Below the pieces are notes generated by a model. The model was given only the letters and a program-made list of their open reading frames with translations. It made no database searches and was not told the origin of the DNA. Below, in pieces: positions 50,472-63,936 of a stretch of DNA of 64,000 nt (the stretch's first letter is position 1; the number at the start of each line of letters is the position of its first letter). The position numbers and the translations under genes were made by a program. This stretch comes from Mobula hypostoma (Eukaryota): positions 195,054,001 through 195,118,000 of the forward strand of contig NC_086097.1 of the NCBI RefSeq assembly GCF_963921235.1, read 5' to 3'.

Positions 50472-51325
50472 AACTTTCGGTTTAACATGGCACTAGTAAA
50501 GCACAGTAGCTACTTGCTGGTGGCAAACAAAACGAAGAAAATGATTAACTGCTTTATTAATCATACTCTTTCTGGAAACAGTCACTGCAATCAAGAGCCT
50601 GTAACTTAACTTTAGGAGTTGAGCTTTTGAATCACCTGTACAACCTGGCATTTTGGTGGTGTGAACTGGAGTCTCGAAAGTGCAGGATAGTTGCAGTTAG
50701 TGTGTACAGGCCATATCAAGGTAGCAGGGTCTGGGCCCGAGAGTGCAGAACAAATCAATGTTTGGCTATTTCTGCAGCAGACTTGGAGGCAGTTCGAAGC
50801 AGAGCCAGAGTGGCAGGGCACCGGCCCAGGCCCAAGACAAGCAAAGACCAGGCCGAATTAGAAAGGTTGGATTCTGGACGAATCAAGGTGATGGGGCCAG
50901 GCCCAAGAGTGTATCGAAGCGGCAGTGCCTGAGTCTGAGAGCGAGGCTTGAATAATTTAATTGTTGGGCCGGACTGAAAAAGTCTGGGTGCCAGGGCAGA
51001 AGGCAAGGGACAGGCAGGTTCATCTCACTGCTCTGCAAGGTTTACTCACCTCTGCACTGAACTGAGGCTGTGGCCTGCAATTTATTAGGCTCCTGAATTG
51101 GCGACAGTGATGACCTGCTTTTTGGCTATGGACTTACTGTCGTGAACTACAGTTGTTTTCATGATTTTATTGTATGCACAATTTGGTTTATTTCAGCACA
51201 TTGGGTGCTTTATGGTCTTTTTTAATGAGTTCTATTGGGTTTCTTTGTTTTGTTGCTGCCTGTAAGGAGATGAACCTCATGGTTGTATAGTGTATACATA
51301 CTTTGATAACAAACGTACTTTGACT
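50472..51325 (+). mobile_element. Non-coding insertion with a Rex-like 3' tail (non-autonomous element of unknown family)
   Basis: Interrupts the CR1 GSVL|GP codons; its 3' end (...ACATACTTTGATAACAAACGTACTTTGA) resembles the Rex-family tail at 26095-26150 (minus strand). Confidence 0.45.
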
Positions 51326-51351
51326 GGGACCTCTGCTATTTGTGATGTATA

Positions 51352-51868
51352 CACTCTGTGGCCATTATAATAGGTTCACCTGTTTTTGCTCGTTAATACA
51401 AATACACTATCTAAACAGCCTATGGCAGTAACTCAATGCATAAAAGTGTGCAGACATGGTCATGAGATTCAGTTGTTGTTCAGATCAAACATCAGAATGG
51501 TGATGAAATATGATCTTAATGACACTGACAGAAACGATTGTTGGTGCCATATGGGATGGATTTAGTATCTCAGAAACTGCTGATCTCCTGGGATTTTCAC
51601 ACACAACAGTTTCTTGAGTTTACAGAGAATGGTTCAAAAAATTTTAAAAAAGCATCAAGTGAGTGACTATTCTATGGGTGGAAATGCTTTGCTAGTGAGG
51701 GAGGTTAGAGGAGAATAGCTAGACTGACAGTAACTCAAATAACCATGCATTACAACAGTGGTGTGTAGAAGAGCATCTCTGAATGCACAACATGTCAGAC
51801 TTTGAAGTGGATGGGCTACATGGTCTTTATTAGGAACAGAAGGTACCTAATTCAGTGTCCATTGAGTG
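51352..51868 (+). mobile_element. Non-autonomous Tc1/mariner element (same family as 24116-24572)
   Basis: Imperfect TIRs CACTCTGTGGCCA.../...TGTCCATTGAGTG, TA on both sides, ISETADLLGFSHTTVS remnant. Confidence 0.85.
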
Positions 51869-53599
51869 TATAAATGACCTGGGTGAAAATATGGAAGGAT
51901 AGGTTAATAAGCTGACAGACTGTATAAATATTGGTGATGTTGTAGATAGCAGAGAACATTTCTGAAGGGTACAGCGAGATACGGATCCACTGCGGATGTG
52001 TGCAGAGAAATGGTAGATGGACTTCTGTTCTGTCAAACATGACGTGTTGCATCTTGGGAGATCAAAGGTAAAGGAACAGTACAATGATAATGTCAAGATC
52101 CTTGATGGTGCTGATGTATGTCGAAATTTTGGTGTCCAAGTCCATTGAACAGATTGATAGATTGGTGAAGATGGTAAACAGCATGCTTATTTTTATTAGT
52201 TGAGGCATTGAATACAAGAGTCGGGTAGTTATGGTGCAACTTCATAAAACTCTACTTGGGCTGCATCTGAGGCACTACATTCAACTCTGGTCACACATTT
52301 TAGGAGGATGTAGAGGCTTTGGAAAGGTTGCAAGAATAGTTTTCCAGGATGATTCTTGGATTAGAGGGTATGTGCTAGAGGGGAAGGTTGGACAAATGTG
52401 GATAGTTTTTTTTTCTCTGGAGTAATGGAAGCTGAGGAGAGCCCTGTAATGAGATTATGAGAGGCATAGATAAAGTTGACAGCTGGTAGACATCCGTTCC
52501 CAGGGTTGAAATTTCTAATACTAGAGGGTGTGCATTTAGAGTGAGAGTGGGTAAATTCAGTGGAGATGTGAGAGGCAATAACTTTCATGGAAAGAGTAGT
52601 GGGTGCCTAGAATTTACTGCCAAGGATGGTGGTGGAGGCAAATACAATTAAGCTATTTAAGCAGCTCTTAAACACATGGATGTATAGGGAATGATATGGC
52701 CATTGTGTAGGCAGAAGGCAATAGTTTAGTTAGACATTTAATTATGGTTTGAATTGGTATGGCACAGAGTGTGTTCTTTACTGCGCTCTGTTGTATATTC
52801 TTATGTCAGTTTCAGCAGCAGGCAAAGAATCTTCTGCTTCTGTCAGGTCCTTCTCTGGTTCATTTAAAACTATGAAGTATGTTGGTATATGGTATTTTCA
52901 CAATATTTCATTACAGACCATGATTCAGATGGATCACTAATGAAACTTGTTTAGAGCAATGATACCTCCCAGAGATCAGAGTCCTCATGTGATGTAAAAC
53001 TGCAAAAAACCGTGGAAGTATTTTACTGCAGATACTACCTGGTCTGTTGTAATTTGTCTGCAATCCTCCTCCAAAATAAAAAAAAACTTGTTGCAGTATC
53101 TCCGTTATCTTTCCAAAATTCTAATAAGAATTGGTCAAGTAAAATCTCCCATTTTGAAACTCATGCAGATTATTCACTCTTATATTAACTGTTATTTAAT
53201 CTTTTTTTTTCCAATCCCTCCTTTAGAATGGATATCATTATATTTCTTAACACCAAAGTTAACATAACCGATCAGTAGTTCACAGAATATGTTCTATTCT
53301 CCTTCTTAATGATAGTCACTAGGCTAGGTACACGTCAGTACTCTGGATGGCACCTTTATAAATCTATTATAAAGTATATATACAAATGTTTCTACTTTCT
53401 CCTCAATGTGTTCTTTGAAAATGCATAGATACAGTGCATCTGAAATAGGGAATTTATTCATTTTATTGTTATTAATAATAATAATATTAATAATTTGATT
53501 TATATAGCACCTTTCATTTGGTTTTTAAGTTTGATTAGTTTATTTTAAGCCCTTTATACAGTATGTCCTCTGTGAAATTCCCAAAGCTAATGTTATTCT

Positions 53600-54400
53600 A
53601 AATCAAAATCTGCTGTACTGAACAGCCCAGTTTGAAAATTATTTCTAATTACTCCTCTGAACTTTTTACTATGTCAATCTGCAGAGAAGTATATAATATG
53701 TTGAGGATTAAAAAGATCTGTGCTTCTCCTAACTGAGCAAGCAAATTATCAGAGGGAATAAAATGATATTTGTCTATCTTTACTTCTTTGTAGATTGTTA
53801 TAATCCCCACAGAATTTAATAGCTGTGGCTCTTTTTGGCACAAGACCAATTGCTGCAGGCAATTCCCTGACACCCTCTTCGGGCAGTCCTACCCATTCTT
53901 CCTCATCCTTTTACTGTGGGCTCTATAGCAGAGGCATGTTCTACAGATGAGGCATTCTTCTTCACAACAGACTTGGCTTTTGCACCATAAATGCTTCCAA
54001 GATCATCATGTAACGTCTTGGGAACTTAATTAACAACAGTGATACAGAAGTCTCTTTCTGCTATTAATCTCTCCCCAGTCTAGGTTTATCTTCAACAGAC
54101 GATACTGGTTGAAACAATTTGATCCCTAACATAGAGCAATTACAAAAGTTATCTTTGCCTCATTGTTGCTGTCAAAACCCTATTGTCTTGATCCTTTCAT
54201 CAATGTAACTACAAGGAAATGCAGATGATTCCATAATCTTCACTGTACCCTCTGGCTCTGTTGCTCAGACTTTTGCTGTTCTTCACTGACACCATAACTT
54301 AGTGCCAATTTCCACTGTCATTTGCTTTCCGTTGATGCACACTGGCATATAGAAAGGTTGAGTGGAATTCTTATCGTGAGAACAGACAATATGAATCAAA
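53600..54400 (-). pseudogene. Highly decayed Gypsy pol relic (protease/RT)
   Basis: PVCINGKQMTVEIGT (protease-like), CGDY, and DKYHFIPSDNLLAQLGEAQIF (like DxYPLPxxEDLFAxLxGGxxF). Confidence 0.55.
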
Positions 54401-54486
54401 AAAGTCAATACCTTCATCACTGAATTCAGGTGTACAAAGCCCTTCACTATTCTTCCCACATTGTTTGGTGGTTTGAGTTTGCCATT

Positions 54487-56885
54487 GTCAGAGTCAGAAT
54501 CAGGTTTAATATCACTGGCACAGGTTGTTTTGCAGCAGTAGTACATTTCAATACGTAATCTGTGTACATACATCTACTGATGCTTCTGGACACATCTTCA
54601 GTGATGTTCCTGGAATCATCGGGTGTTTCGGGTCTTTCAACATCATACAGCCTCCTCCAGGTGACCCAGCCGGGGCTGATCAGACCCCAGCTTGTGTCCA
54701 GATGGCTAGCTACTTATGACTCCATGGCTCCCCTCTTTTGGGCCACAGCCATCTTGAGGCCCTCTCTGCCGCATCGGTGGTACTGCGGATGGCTCTCCTC
54801 TTCCTCTCTCCCTCGATGCCCAAAATGCTGAAGGCTCTAACTAAGGAACGGGCTGCGAATCCCCTACAACCAACCTCCACTGGGAGACACCTTGCTCTCC
54901 ATCCAGCCTGCTGACAGTTGCTGACCAGTCCTGCGTACTTGGAGAGCTTCCTTTCAAAGGCCTCTTCCAAGCTATCTTCCCATGGGACTATCAGCTCCAG
55001 CAGCACCACTTGCTTAGTAGACTAGGACACTAGGACAATGTCTGGTCACAGGGTGGTGGCTGCGATACGGTTGGGGAACTTCAGCTGCAGTTCGAGGTCC
55101 ACCAACAGCTGCCAGTCCCTTGCAGAGGTCAGAATGCCTGCAGATGTTCTTTTGGCAGGTATTGGCTGCTCCCCAGCTCTGACAAAGGCAATGGTCTGCT
55201 TGGAGGGTCGGGACCGCTTCGCCCACTCAACTCCTGCGCTGACGGCTTCAGCGATGGTCCTCAGGACCTGATCATGCCTCCACCTGTACCGACCCTCACC
55301 AAGTGCCCTTGCACAGCCGCTGAGGATGTGCTCCAGGGTTCCTCTCTTGGAGCACAGCGGGCACGCAGATGACTCTGCCTTTGTGCAGGTTTGATGGGCT
55401 TGGAAGCACATTGTACACTGCCTGGATGAGAAATTGGAAGCGGTGTGGTTCCGCTTTCCAAAGATCAGCCCAGGTCACTTTCCTCTCAACTGCATTCTCC
55501 CATCTTCTCCAAGCTCCCTGTTGCTTCATTCCCACTGCCTTGCAGGCTCTCGTCTCCTCCACTACTGCTCTCACCTCCTCCTGAACTAGACAACGCCTTT
55601 CCTTCCCTCTGGTGTCCATTTGGGGAGTTGGAAAGGATCCTAGCCCAGCTCGGCCTTGTGTGACCACTCCCACCAGCCTCCTGTGACGCAACCTTGCCTC
55701 TGCCTCCTGAACAGCTTCCTCTGCCCTCCACTTCCTGCCAGTCCTTACTTGGATCCCTGATCTAGCCACCACCGGGTCACTTGAGTCTCTATACCGTATC
55801 GCTTCTCTGCCTCTTGTTACCTTGAATTCTTCCTCCAAGGATTTGAAGCGCAGTTGCAGTTTGTTGTGGTGTCCATAGAGTGCGATGCTGCTCAGGCTCT
55901 TTGGCAGCCCCAGCCATCTTCTGAGGTGGTTGCTAACCCTCCTCTCTAAGGTTTCGACTGTCGAGATCAGAACTGCATATACGAGGAGGGGCCACAGGAT
56001 TCTTGGAAGAATGCCATGCTGATACACCCAGGCTCTAAACTTCCCAGGTAGTCCAGACTTGTCCACAAATTTCAGCCAGCCATCCAACTCGTAATACTAA
56101 AAACTGTAAAAATACAATAAGAAATTTGTACAAGAAATGAAAATAAAATTTTAAAAAAGTAGTGCAAAAAAAGAGGAAAAAATACTGAGCTGGTGTTCCT
56201 GTTTTCATTGTCCATTCAGAAATCTGATGGCAGAGGAGAAAAAACTGTTCCTCAAGTGTTGAATGTGTGCCTTTAGGCTCCTGTACCTCCTCCTTGGTGG
56301 TAGCAATGAAAATCGAATCAGAATCAGGTTTATTATCACTGGCATGTGACGTGAGATTTGTTAACTTAGCATTAGCAGTTCAATGCAATACATAATATAG
56401 AAGAAAAAAAAGCAAAATAAAATAATAATAAATAGATAGGTAAATCAATTACAGTATATGTATATTGAATAGATTAAAATCATGTAAAATCAGTAATAAT
56501 ATATATTACAAAGTGAGGTAGTGTCGAAGGGTTCAATGGAATCGGATGGCAGAAGGGAAGAAGCTGTTCCTGAATCGCTGAGTGTGTGTCTTCAGGCTTC
56601 TGTACTTCTGCATTGCTTTTCGAAGGTGTCCTGGATGCTGTGGAGGCTAGTGCCCATGATGGAGCTGGCTAAGTTTACAATTTTCAGCACCTTTTTCTGA
56701 TCCTGTGCAGTGGACCCTCCGTAACAGACAGTGATGCAACCAGTTTGAATGTTCTCCACGGTAGATTTGCAGAAATTTGGGGACGTCTTTGGTGACATAC
56801 CAATTCTCCTTAAACTCCTATGGAAGTATGGCCTTCTTTGTAATTGCATCAACATGTTAGTCTCAGGATAGATCCTCAGAGATCT
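54487..56885 (-). mobile_element. Nested Rex1/Babar 3' fragments (host of the Hero copy at 54560-56089)
   Basis: (ATTCTG)n tails at ~54490 and ~56315; GMSPKTSPNFCKSTVENIQTGCITVCYG at 56592-56888. Confidence 0.7.
54560..56089 (-). mobile_element. 5'-truncated Hero-type LINE (same family as 10338-13599)
   Basis: Close similarity to ~12083-13599; same 3' terminus ...TGTACACAG; 6-bp TSD CGTAAT (54554-54559, 56090-56095). Confidence 0.93.
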
Positions 56886-57479
56886 CAAAGATCAGGGATT
56901 GTGTTGACTTGCTTTAAAAAAACTGTTGATAAATCTATCTTTGAAAAGCAAAGTGTTGAATTTTGAAAAGAAACTAAAATGGAAATAATCAAATGACTCT
57001 ATGCTTGTATTCTTTGGCTGGATATTACAGATAGTCAAGATTCCCCCACACAAGTTGTTCTTCATTAGTATATTTCATACCATCTGCAATAACATTTACA
57101 GCATAAAGCACCTTTGAAACTTTCTTCATTTTTATTATTCTTTAGGATTAGATTGCAGACAGGTCCAGGAGATATTATCTATCAATAGCTATGCACTATT
57201 TTAAATTAAGATGATCAAGACTTCTTGCATTATAGTCCTTGGGGGAATTCTAGAATTTAGATCAACGACAATGAAAAGTTGGTGATGTTTTCCTAAGTCA
57301 GGACGGCCTGTGGCTTGAGAAGAAAATTTAGGAGGTGGTGACCTGATGTGATACTCCGTTGTCCTTCTTGCTAGTAGAGATATACCTGCCCCAGGTTTTG
57401 TACAGAAGAACTTGTGAAGTCAACTGAGCTGGGAATGACCTTGCCAATCCATATTCAATGTCTATTTGTTTTTTCAGTT

Positions 57480-59036
57480 ATATAAAGAGTAAAAGAGAGG
57501 TGAGAGTCCTGAAAGGGGTTCCTGGAGAGATAATGGATGCATTGACCATGATCTTTCTGGCATGGTTTTTGGAGGACTAGAGATTGCAAATATCACTCCA
57601 CTCTTTAAGAATAGAGAAAGACAAAAGAAAGGAAATTATAGGCCAGTTAGCTTAACCTTAGTGGCTGGGAAGGTGTTGGAGTCCAATATTAATAATGAGG
57701 TTTTGAGGTAGTTGGAGACTAATGATAAAATAAGTCAAAGTCAGCATGGTTTCAATGAAGGGAGATCTTGTCTGACAAATCTGTTAGAGTTCTTTGAGGA
57801 AGTAGTAAAAGCAGGGTGGACAAAGGAGAGGCAATGGATGTCATTTACTTGGATTTTTAGAAGGTGTTTGATAAGGTGCCACACACTAGGCTGCTTAACA
57901 AGATAATATCCTCTGGTGTTACAGGAAAGATACTGGCATGGATAGCAGAATGGCTGACAGGCAGGAGGCAGTGAGTGGGAATAAAAGGGGGCCTTTTCTG
58001 GTTGGCTGCTGGTAACTAGTGGTGTTCCTCAGGGGTCACTGCTTTTCACATTGTTTGATTGTTTGTCAATAATTTAGGTAATGGAATTGATGGCTTTGTG
58101 GCAAAGTCTGCAGATGATACGAAGATAGGTGGAGGGGTAGGTAGTGCTGAGGAAGCAATGGGATTGCAGCAGGATTTAGATAGATTGGAAGAATGGACAA
58201 AAAGGTGGGAGATGGAATACAGTGTTGGGAAATGTATGATAATGCATTTTGGTAAAAGGAACAATAGTGCGAACTATTATCTAAATGTGGAGAAGTGTCA
58301 AACATCAGAGGTGAAGAGGGACCTAGGAGTCCTCATGCAAGACTCCCAGTAGGTTAGTTTACAGGTTGCGTTTATGGTAAAGAAGGCAAATGTAATGCTG
58401 GCATTTATTTCAAGGGGAATAGAATATAAAACAAAGGATAATGCTGAGCCTTTATGGGACACCAGTCAGGCTGCACTTGAAGTATTGTGAACAATTTTGG
58501 GACCCATACCTCAGAAAAGATATGTTGTCATTGGAGAGAGTCCAGAGGAGGTTCACAAGAATGATTTCAGAAATGAAGGGGTTAACATATGAGGAGTGTT
58601 TGGCCACTTTGGGCCTGTACTCACTGGGATTTAGAAGAATGCGGGGGATCTCATTGAAACCTACGAAAATTGGAAGGACTAAATAGGGTGATGAGGAGAG
58701 GATGTTTTCTATGGTGAGGAATCCAGAACTAGAGACCACAGCCTCAAAATTGAGGGGCAGCTCTTTAGAAAAGAGGTAAGGAGGAATCTATTTAGCCAGG
58801 GGGTAGTAAATCTGTAGAATGCTCTGCCACAGACTGTGGTGGCGGCCACGTCTGTGCATATATTTAATGCAGAATTTGATTGTTTCCTGTATCAGTCAGG
58901 ACATCAAAGGATATGGTGAGAAGGCAGTTATATGGGGTTGAGTGGGATCCGGAATCAGCCAAGATGGAATGATGGAGTAGACTTGATGGGCTGAATGGCC
59001 TAATTCCGCTCCTATGTCTTATGGTCGTATGGTCTA
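57480..59036 (+). mobile_element. Decayed CR1 ORF2 plus 3' tail
   Basis: NYRPVSL, CLTNLLEFFE, KSADDTK, PYLRKDML; (CTTATGGT)-like tail at 59012-59035. Confidence 0.88.
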
Positions 59037-59609
59037 GGTCAATATTAATCCTTTTCTGCTTGAATTTACACCATTCAGATTGGGTGATCGAAGACCATAT
59101 ATAGAACTGCTTTTGCTCATCTGAATGACTTCAGTCCTTATGTCAATCCAATAGTTAACATGGTCGTCATCTGCAAAGCTGGTTGGAGTTAATATTTTCC
59201 TTCACAGATTCAGAGAAAATAAAAACTAAAGTCTCATAAAAACTAAGCACATTTCTTTCTGTAACTACCCATATAATAATATTCTTCATCTGTGTTTCCT
59301 AACATTACAATGATATTATTCCAGCTACATAAACACCAAGTAAAAACAATTTGAAGTGGATCTGCAATGTAAATTGTGCTTCTGTGCATAACACTGTTTT
59401 ATGGTCAACCACTGGGGGGAGTTCATAAGAATCCAACGTTTATCTCTTACAAGGAACTTGTCATAAAGTATGATCATGCAAACATTAAATGCTATCTGGA
59501 TCACTAACTAAACATGTAGACTTAAAATAGTGGATGATTAAGGAGCATGAACAGTGGTCCAGACTGTGGCCTATCCTCAATAATTCTGCCTAACCAGATA
59601 AATAATGTT

Positions 59610-59770
59610 AAACAACAACACACCACAAATGCTGGAGGAACTCAGCAGATCAGGCAGCATCTAGGAAAGGAACAAACCTTTCATCAGGATAATGCTGCCT
59701 GTCCGGCTGAGTTGCTCCAGTATTTTATGTGTACTGCCCTAAATTTCCAATGTCTGTAGAATCTTGTGTG
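59610..59770. repeat. Short fold-back element derived from the Penelope pLTR
   Basis: AATGCTGGAGGAACTCAGC...GCAGCATC followed by its inverted copy ATGCTGCC...GCTGAGTTGCTCCAGTATT. Confidence 0.6.
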
Positions 59771-60715
59771 TTTTTAAATCATATTAATGAGATTTGTTAC
59801 TTCAAGGTATCAGTCCCAAGTGGGTTTGTGTTGGCTTGTCTATCTTAATCACATGGCTACAAGTTGTCTGATGATACAATATGAAAAATAGATTGCAATA
59901 TTCATATTGCTTGCAATTGTCCTCGTTGGCTCCTCATCATTACAATTTTTGTATAAAGGGTTATCCATTACTGCTTTCTGGAATGCCACGCTGGTGTGCT
60001 GGAAGTGATAGCTGCCCTCTCACTCATCAAATTATAGCCAATAGCCAATCAGCTCAGGTATATCAATTACGTATTTTCCTCACTTCCACATGCTCTTTGA
60101 AAACTCTTGTTTCTGCCATCCAAATTTTGTCCTTGTTATAATTTTACACTGCAAGATCCCTTCAAGAAACTGCAGCACATATTTATATGTCTGGAAACCT
60201 GCTGAATGTTCCAATATTCTCCGATTACCTAGGGGGAAATGGAATCCTTCCACTCACATGCATTTCTCCTTTCAAAATTTAAAAATCTCCTCTATGGGGC
60301 CTCTGGCCCTCTGTTTGCCACAGCTTTTCTTTAATTACCAGTCAGTGTTGACCACAGCCACGTCTGAGGTCCTAATTGCCACTCAAACTGTAACACTCTC
60401 ACCCTGGCCACAGCCCCTGACATGATACCCATCCATGCTCCTTTTGATATGGACTTTCACAGATATGGCGTTTTGCCACAGATCAGCCATGATCTCATTG
60501 AATGGGAGACAAGATTGTGGAGTTAGCTAATTGTCCTTTGTTCCTATGTAAATATGATCAACGTAGTCTATAAGGAACAATATATTAAAATGATTCCCTT
60601 ATAATGTTATACTTATAGGATGAATCCCCAAAATCTAGAAAATGTTAAATGCAAGGATTTAGATTACATAAGTAAGGTGGTGATAAAATATCACAAGCAT
60701 ATGCAGGCAATCCAA

Positions 60716-60892
60716 AGCAACACACACAAAATGCTGGAGGAACTCAGCAGGCCAGGCAACCGCTGTGGAAAAGAGTAAACAGTCGACCTTTCGGGTCTTC
60801 ATCAGGAATTGCCCCAAAATATGGACTGTTTATTCTTTTCTATAGATGCAGTCTGGACTGTTGAGTTCCTCTAGCATTCTGTGTAGGTTGCT
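60716..60892. repeat. Short fold-back element derived from the Penelope pLTR
   Basis: AGCAACACACACAAAATGCTGGAGGAACTCAGCAG...CTGTTGAGTTCCTCTAGCATTCTGTGTAGGTTGCT imperfect inverted arms around a hammerhead remnant. Confidence 0.7.
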
Positions 60893-62282
60893 GGTGATAT
60901 AATATGTTGGTATTAGTTGATATATATATATGTATAGCATATTTTATTGACGGATAGTTTGAAGGTAGGTTTTTTACTCAGTTACCATGAGAAAAGGAGG
61001 AAATTAAAGAAATTGGATCACTTGCGATGAAGTACTAGGTAAACTAACACACTAGGATAAAGACTCACAGCTTTGCTGGACCTAATGGCTTGCAAATCAG
61101 AGTTTTAAATGTGAAAAGAAACCAGTGCACCTGGAGGAAACCAACATGGCCATGGGAAGAACGTACAAACTCCCCAAAGGCAGCAGCCAGAATTGAACCC
61201 AGACAGGTGATTACTGGCACTGTAAAGCCTCCCTATGAGATTATCCACTATGGAAGGAAGAATGAGAAAACAAGTTATCATTTAACTGTAGTGAGACTAC
61301 ACAGTGACACAGCTTTATGGGCTCTGGGGGTCCTAGCACCTGAAGCACAAATGTTAGAATGCAGATACTGTACCTCAAGTAATTGTGAGGCAAATGGAAT
61401 GTCCGCCTTTGATGCAAGATGTGTGGAGTATAAAAGCAGGGAAATTTTGATGCCACCTTACAGAGCAATGGCAAGATTGCACCTAGAATACTGAATCGAG
61501 TTTGGTCTCAATACTTACTGGTGTAGAAGATTGCTAGATTGGTTCCTGGATAAAAGGCTTTGGTAGTTTACTGAAGTTTAAAGCAACAAAAGATTAATTT
61601 ACTGAACATAAGAGATGGTGGGTTATGTGAAAATATTTTCCCTCATAGGGTATCTAGAACATGCAGATGTGGTTTCAGAATATGGGATCACCTATTTCAG
61701 ATGGGGATAAGGAAAAAAAGAATCTTCTTTTAGATGGTTATGATTCCTTGAAGTTCGTTATACCTGAGTGTTGCGAAGGTAGAGTCAGATATTTGAGTCA
61801 AGTGGTATGGGGACAGAGCTTGAAAGTGGTTTTGGATTGGATCGGATCAGCCAACATCCAGTTTAATGACAGATAATATTTGAGGAACAACAGGAATTCT
61901 GCAGATGCTGGAAATTCAAGCAACACACATCAAAGTTGCTGGTGAATGCAGCAGGCCAGGCAGCATCTCTAGGAAGAGATGCAGTCGACGTTTCAGGCCA
62001 AGACCCTTTGTCAGGACTAACGGAAGGAAGAGTGAGTAAGGGATTTGAAAGTTGAAGGGGGAGGGGGAGACCCAAAATGATAGGAGAAGACAGGAGGGGA
62101 AAGGATGAAGCCAAGAGCTGGACAGGTAATAGGCAAAAGGGATACGAGAGGATCATGGGACAGGAGGTCTGGGAATTATCCCCCTTGTTCAATCCCTTCC
62201 TACCTATGTTTGTGACACTTGTCGCGCTCTTAAACTTTTCGATGATTTTAAGTTCCCTGGCCCCCACCGCTTTATTTTCACC

Positions 62283-63644
62283 ATGGATGTCCAGTCCCTA
62301 TATACTTCCATCCCCCATCAGGAAGGTCTCAAAGCTCTACGCTTCTTTTTGGATTCCAGACCTAATCAGTTCCCCTCTACCACCACTCTGCTCCGTCTAG
62401 CGGAATTAGTCCTTACTCTTAATAATTTCTCCTTTGGCTCCTCCCACTTCCTCCAAACTAAAGGTGTAGCTATGGGCACCCATATGGGTCCTAGCTATGC
62501 CTGCCTTTTTGTTGGCTTTGTGGAACAATTTATGTTCTGTGCCTATTCTGGTATCTGTACCCCACTTTTCCTTCGCTACATCGATGACTGCATTGGCGCT
62601 GCTTCCTGCACGCATGCTAAGCTCATTGACTTTATTAACTTTGCCTCCAACTTTCACCCTGCCCTCAAGTTTACCTGGTCCATTTCCGACACCTCCCTCC
62701 CCTTTTTAGATCTTTCTGTCTCTGTCTCTGGAGACAGCTTATCTACTGATGTCTACTATAAGCCTACTGACTCTCACAGCTATCTGGACTATTCCCCTTC
62801 TCACCCTGTCTCTTGCAAAAATGCCATCCCCTTCTCGCAATTCCTCCGTCTCTGCCGCATCTGCTCTCAGGATGAGGCTTTTCATTCTAGGACGAGGGAG
62901 ATGTCTTCCTTTTTTAAAGAAAGGGGCTTCCCTTCCTCCACTATCAACTCTGCTCTTAAACACATCTCCCTCATTTCACGTACATCTGCTCTCCCTCCAT
63001 CCTCCCACCACCCCACTAGGAATAGGGTTCTCCTGGTCCTCACCTACCACCCCACCAGCCTCCGGGTCCAACATATTATTCTCCGTAACTTCCGCCACCT
63101 CCAATGGGATCCCACCACTAAGCACATCTTTCCCTCCCCCCCTCTCTCTGCATTCCGCAGGGATCGCTCCCTACGCAACTCCCTTGTCCATTCGTCCCCC
63201 CCATCCCTCCCCACTGATCTCCCTCCTGGCACTTATCCGTGTAAGCGGAACAAGTGCGACACATGCCCTTACACTTCCTTCCTTACCACCATTCAGGGCC
63301 CCAAACAGTCCTTCCAGGTGAGGCAACACTTCACCTGTGAGTCGGCTGGGGTGATATACTGCGTCCGGTGCTCCCGATGTGGCCCTTTATATATTGGCGA
63401 GACCCGACGCAGACTGGGAGACCGCTTTGCTGAACACCTACGCTCTGTCCGCCAGAGAAAGCAGGATCTCCCAGTGGCCACACATTTTAATTCCACATCC
63501 CATTCCCATTCTGACATGTCTATCCACGGCCGCCTCTACTGTAAAGATGAAGCCACACTCAGGTTGGAGGAACAACACCTTATATTCCGTCTGGGTAGCC
63601 TCCAACCTGATGGCATGAACATCGACTTCCCTAACTTCCGCTAA
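62283..63644 (+). CDS. Penelope RT (partial) + GIY-YIG endonuclease
   Basis: MDVQSLYTSIP, QTKGVAMG, FLRYIDD, LPFLDL, CKRNKCDTC, VIYCVRCSRCGPLYIGET.RRL..RF.EH; open for 453 codons but 5'-truncated. Confidence 0.9.
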   Translation: MDVQSLYTSIPHQEGLKALRFFLDSRPNQFPSTTTLLRLAELVLTLNNFSFGSSHFLQTKGVAMGTHMGPSYACLFVGFVEQFMFCAYSGICTPLFLRYIDDCIGAASCTHAKLIDFINFASNFHPALKFTWSISDTSLPFLDLSVSVSGDSLSTDVYYKPTDSHSYLDYSPSHPVSCKNAIPFSQFLRLCRICSQDEAFHSRTREMSSFFKERGFPSSTINSALKHISLISRTSALPPSSHHPTRNRVLLVLTYHPTSLRVQHIILRNFRHLQWDPTTKHIFPSPPLSAFRRDRSLRNSLVHSSPPSLPTDLPPGTYPCKRNKCDTCPYTSFLTTIQGPKQSFQVRQHFTCESAGVIYCVRCSRCGPLYIGETRRRLGDRFAEHLRSVRQRKQDLPVATHFNSTSHSHSDMSIHGRLYCKDEATLRLEEQHLIFRLGSLQPDGMNIDFPNFR

Positions 63645-63936
63645 TGCCCCACCTCCCCCTCGTACCCCATCTGTTACTTATTTTTATACACACATTCTTT
63701 CTCTCACTCTCCTTTTTCTCCCTCTGTCCCTCTCAATATACCCCTTGCCCATCTTCTGGGTCCCCCCCCCCGTCTTTCTTCCCGGACCTCCTGTCCCATG
63801 ATCCTCTCATATCCCCTTTTGCCAATCACCTGTCCAGCTCTTGGCTCCATCCCTCCCCCTCCTGTCTTCTCCTATCATTTTGGATCTCCCCCTCCCCCTC
63901 CAACTTTCAAATCCCTTACTCACTCTTCCTTCAGTT

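Larger units (their letters stand above)
49755..52800 (+). mobile_element. Old, fragmented CR1 ORF2 hosting several later insertions
   Basis: PRLLREA, PGNYR, DFSK, GPLLFVMY|INDL (split by a Tc1 at TA), decayed 3' end. Confidence 0.7.
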
